Assembly: GCA_003614675.1 (NCBI GenBank)
Contig: ML002219.1
Span: 1 to 64,000, forward strand
From: Dimargaris cristalligena
Taxonomy: Eukaryota
Reading direction: 5' to 3'
Length of the DNA stretch: 64,000 nt
A program made the translations under genes and the position numbers. Position 1 is the stretch's first letter, and each line of letters begins with the position of its first letter. Under the pieces are notes generated by a model. It made no database searches. It was not told where the DNA came from and was given only the letters and a program-made list of their open reading frames with translations. Shown here in pieces: positions 11,722 through 23,500 of this stretch.

Positions 11722-13590
11722 AGTATACGGATATCCAAATACGAGAGAGTGTATGTGAATGAGGTTGAATGAGAAGTAGGCAAAGGCGAGAGACGAAATG
11801 GCTAATTACGAATACGGCTATTTTCCGATACTAATGTGGAGGTGGGCTATGTAAAGAAGCAGGGCATGCACTACTATAAGTATTATTTTTATATAAATAA
11901 ATGGCAAGTGCAGCTCAATGTCTTATAGTCTCGTAAATAGAGAACCACGTTTGAATAGACTATCAACAAGAGTGAGAAGAGGACTGCCAGCGAGCATAGT
12001 CGCGGCCACTACATATTGTACCCAATGGCCGAAAATTCCAAAACAGGACAGGCCATTTTTCAATAGAAAATGAAAAAGATGTGTCGGAGTGAGGAACCAA
12101 CCAGGGCCATCTGTTTCAGCAACCCCCTTCACCTGCCAGGAACCCTTGGCGGTAACACCACGAGGTCGGTCCAACATCAATCCACGCGGATTTCAAACTG
12201 AAGGGTGCCGGATCGGCACATCCCTTTAAATCCCCCTTTTTCACAGCTGTCCCAAAAGCGAGCTAGTGTGGGACAATAGGGGACACACGGACACATGCAG
12301 TCGAATTAGAAAGCGCTGCGATCGATAAGTTTTACAATGTTCTTTTTTTTTATATGGCCGAATTCTCTGCCACCTCGGGCTTTTCCATAAGGCTTCCAAT
12401 GACCTGAAACATGCCATCCCTGTATTGTTACAACGTACTGAAAGGGAAGAGGCCCCATTATACTACTGGCCCATCACTGGTATTTCCCCTGGCGAATAAG
12501 CTATTATTAAGCAAGATGCTTACACATTTATTTCATTGCTGGCCGTTGTTGTTACAGGCCCAGCCAAAAGGGGGGGGGGCAACCGTTGACTGGGGTTATG
12601 GCGTCATGGTCAAAGTAATCGACAAGGAGGTATCCTTGGGTGTGACGAGACGAATGGCTTCCCTGTTCCCCCTAGTTGGCTGTATTTCCGGGGGATTTAA
12701 ATCCACGGATTTTGGCCATCTCAGGAAGGGTGATGTTCTCGGTCTAGTTTATACTACCGAAAAACCCCTACTCATAATTCGGCAATTATCGCCTCTAATG
12801 AACACCCATCCACGGATGATACCGATTCTATTTTTCATACCCTAAAAATGGGATAGTGCATCTAAGTTATAATGTTCAACTAGTAATATCTATTATTTGG
12901 GTTTTCTACTAGAATCCCAGCTGCCCTTCCAATCCCCAACGACCCGGCATCTGAGTCAACCACCCCGTTGAAACCTGCGCCAACCCAGCACAGTAGTATA
13001 TTTTTATCTCCGCATCAGATATACCGGCATCGACCATATAGAGTAGCTACTGCCCGAAGCACCCCTTGCTTGGAATATTATAATCAGCTAGAGTACGTTG
13101 GAGCTCAAATACTCCCGATTAATCAAAGCCAAACTTGGCATTTGGCTATGCCGCATGGGCTGCCAGCTCTCAATGAAATACATGTCCAAAGCAGGACGGG
13201 TATTAATTTGGTCCAAGGTAGTGTAACAATGCATTTTCCAACGGGTCCAGCAATTACACCATGGTCAGACTAATAAATCCATACCACTGGTCTAGAGAGA
13301 AGATAGGAATGTGTACTTTTGGGTGGGGAAGTTCAAAATGAAATCAGCCAAAGGGAAGATTTGTCATGGCCTAGTTAGAGTAATTGGTTTTATCACCTGT
13401 GATATGAAAACCATTAGTTGCTATTCCAATTCATATAAGAAACCTCAATAAATGCCTAAGCCAACCTCTTTTTCACTAGCCCTATTTTAACAGTATCTTA
13501 TTACTATAATATATCTATCAATCTTTGATGGCATGTTTAAACAGAAAAATAAATATAATAATAAGTTCCAGTGGACCAGTAAGTTTAATA

Positions 13591-14180
13591 GTGTATTACC
13601 TGGGTTAACTACTCTTAGTCTGGCAAGAGTCCCAAGGATAGGTTTTTAATGGTAGGTGGGGCTTAAACTTAGCCAAGCAGGCTACTAGTATCAGGTATGG
13701 GGCACCATACTAACTAATAAAGGCTAAGTAGTAGGTATATATAAGGGACATGTAGTCAGTATACTTACTAGTTAATATGGGGGAGTGAGAATATATAGAG
13801 TTTATTGGGGTAAACTACATGGTAGGAAATAAGCTAAGGAGACTAACCGGTCCCAATGGGGCTAAGTTATATATATATATGGGGGTATCTCCAGAGGGAG
13901 GTCCCAAGGGAAGAATACTACTAAGATAAAGGTATAGGTAAATAGACTAACCAGATGGCTGCTAGTATCTAGAAGACTCTGATGGTAACTGGAGGAGTCT
14001 TTGGATCAGCACTTAAGTAATTAGTGTGAAGGGGCAGAGTCCAGAAGGGGGAGGGTTATATAATAAGTGATAATCCCATAGTACTAGGGGTGGCTATGGG
14101 AAGGCCAATATGGTACTATATAGCCTAATAGGGTTGGATATCTATGCTGAATGGATCAAAGTGGATTAGATAGTCTGACA
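13591..14180 (-). mobile_element. Decayed ~600-bp LTR-like repeat, copy A
   Basis: Begins TGTCAGAC on the minus strand, internal TATATATAA; aligns with 15643-16459 (opposite orientation) and 61961-62544; only one CpG seen. Confidence 0.7.
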
Positions 14181-14676
14181 ACATCCCTAATGGTATAGTT
14201 TTAGGATAGTGTATTATAGATAGCTTGAGACTAGTACATAGGTATAGCTTATCAGATGGAGTGTGGCCTTATGTTGGTAAATTGAAAGCTGCTGCAGCAG
14301 GGTTAGCCTTAGTTAGTATCCTTGTATTGTTGTCCAGTGGCCCACTAGCCATGGGTTAGGTATACACCTGTAGTAGATTAGCTGGGGCTCTAGGTTTATA
14401 GGGTATCTAATTAGTACTAGACACCTCTAGTGATATAGTATTAATAGTGTTATAGCTTATTCTCACCCCCTTATACTAGTTAGTAGGTGCACATCCCTGC
14501 ATATTCCCTGAATATGTACTGCCTGGGGTATCTGGCCTATTGCTGTTAGCCTTCAGAATCTGTAAGGAGGTAGTGGCTTCCTTATCAGCATAGCCTAAAG
14601 TCACTGTAGATGGCTCCCTAGTAGCAGAAGATGGGAGGCTCATAGAGTTGGATGAGACAGAGGTGGAATTGGACAT
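14181..14676 (-). pseudogene. Decayed ORF (MSNSTSVSS...) with several stops, unknown origin
   Basis: ATG downstream of a TATTTAAATA box and pyrimidine-rich leader; frame broken by TAG/TAA; CpG-free; ends at LTR-like copy A. Confidence 0.3.
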
Positions 14677-15642
14677 AGTTATGGTGGAAAGATGTGGGAA
14701 GGCAGGGCAGTATTTAAATAAAGGGGGGATGGAGAGTATAAAATAAGGAGTATTAATAATTTATTAGAAAGATGATGGAGGTAATGAGTGTGAAAAAGAA
14801 TAGACCAAAGGAAATAGGTTGTAATAGGATTAAAAGAATATAATAAATCAGATGAGTAGGTAATGATAATGAATTTCAAAAAGAGTGACAATTTGCTGGT
14901 TACTTATGTAACCTTTAGGGGGGGCCTTGGAGGCTACTGGATTATAAAGAGGATGCAGAAAATAACCAACAAATAGAATTATATGAAATAAAAAAGAACC
15001 ACTAAGAAATAAGTTAGACTTTTAATGTACATTAGAAAAAAGGCAGACCTTTCAATCTAGACTGTAAGTATAAGAATAGTAAAAGTATTTTGGTATTAGT
15101 ATATGGTTATAGTATAGGTGGAAAAATCAATAGGTAAACAGTGGGAATGATATCACCATTGTATATCCTGGTATTTTCTACCCCTCACTGGCATGGACCA
15201 GCCATTCATAGACTGGGGGTAAGTGCTGACCACCAGATGGTACTACATATTCATTTACCATATTCTGCCCAAATATCTCATGTTTTTGACCATGGTACCT
15301 CCTGATCTTTGATACCTAGATACCATACTTCCTTTGCATCCCTTAGTTGCCATCAATAGCTGCATTCTATTGATGAGTCACACAGATGAGAATATATACA
15401 TTAAAAATGTTGTAATAAGCTATACCCTCTGTAGGTATTTTTAGCTAGTTGGGCTATGGATTAATTTGGATTCATTTCATGTAATGGATATGGCTGCACA
15501 TTTTTTCATTAAATTGGGTACTGATAAAACAAGGGAGTTAGCCCAGCTATTCATTAGGCCATAAAAAAATAGAGGGCCAGATAAAAAGAAGTTAGGTTAA
15601 GAATAGTAAGAAAGGTAGTGTGAAGGGTTCAGAGAAATTCCC

Positions 15643-16459
15643 TGTCAGACCATCTAATCCACCCGAATCCAGACACCTTAGTATCCATTACTATAAGGCC
15701 TTATAGCACCATATTAACCTTCCCATAGTCACCCCCAGTACTATGGGGTCATCCTATATCATATAACCTTTGTTAGAATACTAAGGATATAAAGAAAATA
15801 AAACTGGAAGTAAGGGAAGAAAGTAGCTAGAGGATAGTAGGTACCTTTAGGTGGTTAGTTTTATTGAACTGTAATTTTAATGGGGTGAAATATAAGTGGC
15901 TAATATAAATGATCTTATGATAGCAGAATAAACTAACATAATTAGGTAAAACAGGATAGGATAAAGAACATATAGGAACATATTCTTCAATAATATTTCC
16001 CCTTCTAGACTCCACTGCTTTGCACTACTCACTTGAGGGCTGATCCAACAACTCTTCCAGTTACCATCAGAGTCTTCCAGGCCCTAACAGCCATCCAGTT
16101 GGCCTATTTTACCCTATCTTAGTCTTAGTAGTATTTTTCCCTTAGGGCCTCCCTCTGGAATTACCCCCACATATATATAACTTGGCCCCATTAGGACTGG
16201 TTAGATTCCTTAGCCAATTCTTACCCCTTAGTTTACCCCTAATAAACTTTATAAATACTCATCCCCCTCATATTAACTAGTAAATATACACCACTACATA
16301 CCCCTTATATATATATTTCTACTAGCCTTTATTAGTTAGTATTATGCCCTTATACTTGACACTAGAGACCACTTAACTGAGCCTAAGCCCACCTACTATT
16401 AGAAATCTATTCTCAGGACTTTTTATGGACTAAGGGTGATTAACCTGGGTGATACTATA
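15643..16459 (+). mobile_element. Decayed LTR-like repeat, copy B, interrupted by a ~225-bp insertion
   Basis: TGTCAGACCATCTAATCCAC start; colinear with copies A and C except 15771-15995; differences mostly transitions. Confidence 0.7.
15771..15995. mobile_element. Nested insertion in LTR-like copy B, possibly a short solo LTR (TGTTA...TAATA, decayed TAACA)
   Basis: Segment absent from copies A and C; TG start and decayed CA end; target duplication not clearly resolved. Confidence 0.45.
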
Positions 16460-16980
16460 CTTTGTAAGTTTTTTTTTTGAGACTAACAACAGGACCCTGG
16501 CTCCTAGAATAGCTATAGAATAGTAAAGCTGGAAATGTCATCAAGTAGCTTTTCCTTTTTTTTTTTTGACAATAACTCCATGTAGCATCAACCCATTACT
16601 AGACATATCACTAATCACTTATTTAAATGTTTTTAGTAACATTTGCACTTAACCAAACTCCATTTCCACTTATACCTGCCACAATTGTGACACTCATTCA
16701 TAACATGGGTACTGGGTATTTTATATTTTGGGACTAAGCCCGAATTATTAGTAACTAAATAATAATACCTGTACACAAAGGTTTTAACCCAATTACTAGC
16801 ATACGTAAATGTGCCTATTTCAAGGATTTCATATATAATACTATCCGCCAAGGTCTTATTTAATGGCCGGCATGCGGGGTCTCCTCGATTCAAAAAAGTT
16901 GGAATCGGGACCCAATTAGTGGGTATCAGTGAATCCGCTATACTTACCCCCTTACCCCCTCTCCTCATCATTCAGTGCAA

Positions 16981-19314
16981 TCAAGGCAAGGCGGCCGGTA
17001 CAGTGCGAGCGGGGGCGGGAATGTAGTCACGCACCAACTCAATGACGAGTTCGCAGTGCTTGGTGTCCGGGAACAAATCGACGGGTACGGCTTGAACGGG
17101 GCGGAAAGGGTGAGCGGCGAACTTGTTGGTAGTGGGTCGGCACAAATCGACCACATTTTGCAGCGAAGCGGCGAAATCGCAGGCCACGAAAACCACCCGG
17201 TTGATCGAGCGACAGGCCCGCACCGCTTGGATGGCCGAGCGATCCAAACCGGCCCGCGGGGGGTCCAGAACCGCCACGACCGAGGTCGGTTGGCCGCGCT
17301 CCAAAGCCTCTTGGTTCAACCGCTCGAGTTGTTTAGGGAGAGTGTCCTCGACGCGACCCACGAAAAATTCGGCGTTCTCCACCTTGTTGACGGCGGCGTT
17401 GATCTGGGCGTCCTCAATGGCGGCGGGAATGGTTTCGATCCCCACGACCTTTCGGAAGGCCGAGGCCATACTGAGCCCAATGGTACCTGTACCACAGCAA
17501 AGATCCAGGAGCACCGCATCCGACGGTGCACTGACTGAGGTGGTATCCTTCGCACCCTCCTGGGGCAACGGCTCGGCTTGGCCCATCGCCCAACGCCGGA
17601 TGATGGTGTAGAGTTTCTCGGCGGCGGGGGTATTGGCCTGGAAAAAGGAACTGGGCGAAATACGGAACTGGAGGTTGAGCAGATTCTCGTGGATATGGGG
17701 GACACCGTAGATCAGCTGGAACGGGATGGTGGGGTTAAGGTCCACCGATTTGCTATCCGATTGTTGGATATACAGTGAATGCACGGTGGGGGTACCCTTA
17801 CTAAACCGCTCCACCAGGTCGGCATGCACTTTTTCAATAGTTGCCTCGTCCAGACCAGTTGGGTTGTATTGGACAATCACCATATTCTGACCGGATTCTA
17901 GGGTGCGGGTCACAAAGAGGCGCCAGACTCCCGTCTTATCGATACGACTGTAGACGGGCAGATCGGTGCGCTCCCGGGTGTAGTCCTGCATCACTTGCAC
18001 GAGGGCCTTGGCCGTAGAGCTGATGTGGCGGCATTCATCCAAAGGACCCACCTGAACGGTTCCCTGTGCGAATCCACCCACCATGAACCCAAGCACGGCC
18101 TGACCCTCCGCGTCCGAGCCGAAGGAAAACTCGCACTTGTTACGGTACCCTTCCACCAGGGGGGATGGGACGCAATCGAGTACCGGGCAGGGCAGAAGAT
18201 CGTTCCAGGGCTCGGGATGCGATTTGTGGATGTCGATGATTTTCTCCAGTGTCGCTTCGTCCCATCGCTCCGGCTCCTCCCGATATTCGGCTAAACTAGG
18301 TAAGCCCAATTCCTTCACTGTGTCGAGCCGCGCCTGCTTGGCTTTGGCTAGCATCTCGGTATGTTTTAGGCGTTTTTCTAGGGCCAGGTCACGAAGCCAC
18401 TGGGTTTGGGCGTTGTTTTCTTCTTTGGGCACGGTGATGAAGGTTACTTTCTCGGTGAACTTATTAAGTGACTTAACGCATTGGTCGCGCTTGTAGGTTA
18501 GTTGTTTGATATAGGGCTTGCGACGCAGCGGGATAGTTTTGTCGGCGGCCAATTTGGCTGCATCGATGGGCTCGCCGCTGGCCTGGTCATCGCGCTGTTT
18601 GGCAAACTCCTTCTCGACAAAATCCCGCTTGGTGAGTACGAAGGCCTTGACTTTTCTTTTACCAAATTCGGTGGTCGTTGTGAGTAAATCAACCACTTGT
18701 TGGGCGGCTTCGAGGGTCTATAGAACACGGATCAGTCCGTTCCACATTTAACAATGAGACGAGTTCGGGAGAATAAGTATTATATATATATATATGGAAA
18801 CAAGGGCAATAAATCAGTACAATTGGCATACAGTGTCGGTAAGGTAGTTCAAGCTTTGGACCCAAGTTGTTTGGCTCACCAATTCTAATGGATTGCTTCA
18901 TTGATCCCTTCACACTTCTCATTGAGTCTAACATACCTCGCATGAAATAGTAGCAGTGGCAATGGAATTGGGGTTATGGACGTTAAGCACCGGGATATTA
19001 TTGTTCTTCAGTAGCGCCTCGAGAGTTTGGGCGGTAGCCTTCTTGGGCAATTGCCTCACAAGCACCTTGAAGGGCTGCTCGGCGGTAACGGCGGGTTCAG
19101 TCGGGGAGGTGGGTTCGGCCGCGGGGCTGTCCATTTTGGCAGACTTGATCACCGGAGTAGCCTCGATGGTATCTTGCTCGACTTCGCGTTTCATGGTGGC
19201 AAATCGGACGACGCGGGAATAAGCTGCGGGCTGGATCCGGAAAGAACGGGGAAAGGAAAAGGTCGAAGAGGAGCGAATGCTACGGAAGGTGGAATGAACA
19301 ATGCAATGGAACAT
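16981..19314 (-). CDS. TRM2: tRNA (uracil-5-)-methyltransferase TRM2/TRMT2A-like; exons 19314-18937 and 18717-16981
   Basis: GYRNKCEFSFG, FRISPSSFFQAN, LLDLCCGTGTIG, VLDPPRAG, VDLFPDTKHCE motifs; RRM-like N-terminal region; in-frame GTATGT...TAG intron. Confidence 0.93.
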
Positions 19315-19381
19315 GAACAACACGGTCAGTTAGCAAGGTTGGGTGGGGTAGCCTAAAGAAGAGCGCTCAAAAACTGAGGGG

Positions 19382-19400
19382 GAGAGAGAGAGAGAGAGAG
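19382..19400. repeat. (GA)n microsatellite
   Basis: GAGAGAGAGAGAGAGAGAG upstream of TRM2. Confidence 0.9.
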
Positions 19401-19706
19401 GAGTAGTCGCACAATACTTGAAACATGGCAGCGAAAAGCGTAGAAGGGGGTAAAAGGGTCTTTACCTACACTAATCAAAATGGGCTGTGTTGTCCGCCGT
19501 GTAACACGGCCTTTTTTTATTTTTGCTCTCTCAGGGAAAGTGTGAGTGCCATTATTGGACGAACAAGCGAGGTTTAGCTAGTCGGTCGGTTTTGCTCTTG
19601 GTTGGCACTCGACCGCATCAATCCTAATTTAAGCAGTGTGGAAGTCGCCCTTCAGGGACAGTCACGGGGTTTCCGAATTCACCGTTGGTGCTTCATCATT
19701 GAAGTA

Positions 19707-19730
19707 AGTAGTAGTAGTAGTAGTAGTAGT
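19707..19730. repeat. (AGT)8 microsatellite
   Basis: Direct reading. Confidence 0.9.
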
Positions 19731-20568
19731 ATCTCACTGGAAAATGGGCAGGTACTTTATAAAAGCCCCTGTAAAAGAACATAAAATAGACCATAACCCT
19801 ACTACTCGTTTCAATACAGGATAGTGGTTAATTCATCAGTCGAAGGCCAGCATCCTCGCGGATTTAAGCGCGACCTCTACCCTAGTCCGAGGAATTCTGG
19901 AACGGCTGGAGAGGGAAGTCGAAAGACTAAGCCGAGCTGTCCGGCGGAAAAAAGGGGAACAGCATTATTATTATTCCTTAATTTGATCATTACAGATCAT
20001 GGCCACACCTGATGCCAGCGTAGGTATATCTCCGTGAATGGCCTGGCGAATATAGAGCCGTTAAAAGATGATACATTCTTGCTACTTCTTTGCCATGCCA
20101 ACTGATTCGCTTGGCCCAAGGACTGGGTTCATTCAGTTACTTCGCATTAGCAAGGGAGAGATGGTAAAAAATATACACATTTATTGGTGCTGGTAAATAT
20201 CGGACATTTACACGTATGAGCGGAACATGGGAAATGTGCGCACGGAATATCAGTGAAAGCCTGGGGCATATAACTACCACGAAAAAACTAATGTCATGAC
20301 ATACACATTCAGATTAATCTACAATAATCAGGTTGGCGTTTAAGGAGTTATGTAGGGACGGCTTCATAAAAAAACGGGCGTAAACATATCTATAGATCGA
20401 ATAACAATGATTCATCACATTTAATGGCAGGTTTGGCTAGGCGATAAATTAAACTAAGGATATTTAAAATGGTAAACGGTACTAGCTTTGAAAGACAAGG
20501 TACCTCTTTATGAACATAGAAAACTAATAGAGTGTTCCTATATATAAATATGTATAAAAATAGCCAGG

Positions 20569-23500
20569 TTATGTACATGGGTCAGCGCCGCTACGGCAGG
20601 GTAAAAAGTGTTTGTAAAATTCTAGATTATTTTGAGTCGAGCAGAACGCATACCATAGGGAAAGGGGTTAGTGATCTGATTTAAGATAATCGGTAGTTAG
20701 GCAAGTGCACCCAAACGGTCACTGATGGGTACAGTGTGCCTTACCGGGCCATACCTAAAGTAATCATTAGAGCCATAAACGGGCGACTTACTCTGACATG
20801 GAATTGGATTCGATGCGATGAAGACTGCCGATATTTTGAATGGCGATTCGTCGGGCCACGGCACTGTATTAAGGCAAGTAGCCATACAAACGAAAACCAA
20901 TAAATATATAGCAAACTGGTGAGCGAAATGACATTCATGTACACACCGAGCAATTTGGTGCGTTACCCGACGGTGAAACTTTAGGCCCGGATAACCCTCT
21001 AAATTAGTCTAATATGACCCCTCCTTCGTCTTTCTTGCCCGATTAGCACATATCCAATCCGCTGCCCTAGCTGAATGAGTAGTTAACTTACGAATGCCGA
21101 TAGCCGTCCCGCATGATACGCCCGACCTGTTCGATACTAATGAGTGCCCACCGCAACCAGCGTCCGAGTACATCATGGGGGATTATCATCCCTTCGGTCA
21201 AAAAACAGAACTGGCGTTCCAAATCACGCACACACCGCTGCATCTGGGGGTTCGTTTGGTCGGGATTAACAATCACGGCGGTCATGCGCACCAGTTGGCC
21301 GTTGGTACGCGGGATGGGGTTCACAATGAGGTAGAACATCATGGGTAGCCAGGGCATAAAGGGAGCCGCCGCAAAGGAACCGGAACCCCGGCTATTGGAT
21401 TGGCGGGTGTGGCGGTGGTGCGAGGGGTGGGCGATCCCCTGCAGCATGGCCGAATCCCACGGGAAAAGGCCCGGCTCGCTGGACGTGGGGGTAGTCACCG
21501 GATTGGCACTACCTGAACCAGCCGAGGCCCAGTAGCTTTTCATTTCCAGATAATAGCCGTGGTGCTGATTGAGCAGGCGGGTAACCAAGTCCCGGGGGGA
21601 GTGCACCAGCGGTTCATCGACCCACAGTATGGATACCACATCCCGGCGCACCGCCTGGTCGAACAGAGCGTAAAAGTTGGACGCACTTTCCAGGGAGCTC
21701 GCACCCGATTCTTCCAAGGGGCTGGCGGCCGGTTGGCCCGACGGGGCTGAGGGTGGTGGTGGTGGTGGTGGGGGCGGTTGAGGGAGTGGACAGTGTGGCC
21801 CCACCACCGATTCACTGGCCTCCAGGGAACACCACACGGTGAGTTGGGGAATATAATACATAATTTCGGTCTGCGTATCGCTATACACCATGGCCTGCTG
21901 TAGGTTCGACGATGCCAGCGTCCCCTTGAACCCCCGGTAGGTGGGCAATTCCACGCACCAACCCAAAGTTTCCCAGAACCGCACGAACTCGGGACTCACG
22001 GGCGAGCGCGGGGAGATACTGTCGAGCCACGCCAGATCCTCGGTCCGGGTGTACAGTACCGACGCACTGACCAAGACCCGTTCGGTGATGGTATCCAGCG
22101 CTTCAATGTCGCTGAGGAGGGATTGCGTCAGGCGGAGCGGGGTTAGGGAGGGTTCCGGTTGGAAACTCAGGTAGCCCATTTCCGACAGCGCAATACGGAC
22201 AAAGTCGGGGTCAATTTGCCGGTGGCTCGGTTTAATTTCCGGGACTTGGTAAATGTGGGTGGCGTAGTGCTGCGGATCCGGCGGATTGGCCTCGAGAATA
22301 GTCCGGATCGAGGCTAGTAAGTCCTGCTGGGTCGAGGTCACCCCGACCCGCAGGGGCGCCGAAGGTCGCATGGCGGTGCATCGGCGGATGCCTAATAGGG
22401 CTGCTACAGGTTCTTTGGTTTGATCAAAAGAGTAGTCCATTGAGGTGTAGGAGGAGGCCCTGGGAGTCGCACGCGTAGACATCCCGGCGGGAGGCTTACC
22501 CGGCGAAGCCCCATCCGACACGGTGGAGGGTGAAGGGGGATTGGATTCGTCCGTTTCCCCTGAACCTTCTTCCGGTCGCAGGGGAATGTCCCCGGCATTA
22601 ATCAGCCGCCAGGATAATTTTCCGGACGGGAAGCGGACAGCGATGATCACCGAGGGACCAAACGACTTACGGGGGTGATTGATGCCCTTGATGGCTTGGT
22701 TGGGCCGTTCCTCGGGATTAAAAATGTTCTGCATGATACAGATGACATTGTGGTCAATATAGAAGAATTGCACGTGCGGTTGGTTCATGGCGTGGGGGTT
22801 ATCCTGGGGGACGGGGTCCACCGGATTGGCGTCCGTCTCCATCAGTGGGGTGGTTTCCGGGGACCCGGTTGGTGACAACAATTCCGGGTCCACCGACCCG
22901 GGGGAAGGTGGCTCGGACCGGTGGTCGGTGCTGGCCATGACCACCGGAATACCGCTAGGGAGTAGGGAAGGCCGTGGGGCCGGCGGGGGCGGGGCTCCCC
23001 CAATGGCCGATGAGTGGTCCAGCACTTTGGGGGTCCACAGGCTACTACTGCCGTCCCCGAACGTAGCGGCCAAATTCTCGCGAATCAGACCCACATCATC
23101 CCACTCCAGTTCAATGACATTGGGTTCGATTTCAATGACCGACCGGGTGATGTGATTGACCAGTTTGGTCAGGGTGTCGGCAGCGATAATGCGCAGGTAA
23201 TCCAAGGGCTGCAGCCGGACGCTCTGCACTTCCGTGAGTGGCGAACCGGCCTCCCCCTTTTTAGACCCTAGGCCCGGGCCCGGATCCGGGCTTGGGACCA
23301 TGGGGTTAGGGATGGATATAGGCCTGTGGTCCTGCCGCTCCGCCCGGAAGGACGGCACGAAGCCCATCGCAGGTGAATCCGGTGCTAAATAGCTTTGTCC
23401 GCTTTCGTTTGGGTCGCCCGCCAACGTAAAGGGGGTGTTCGGTCGGGGCGTGGTACTATGGGTAGGTCGCCACCGGTTGATTTTCTGCAAAAGGTTGCAA

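Noticed and set aside
16470-16971. Minus-strand ORF with CHNC and nearby poly(A) tracts, possible LINE 3' remnant
   Set aside because: Only one CxxC, no recognisable domain or target duplication
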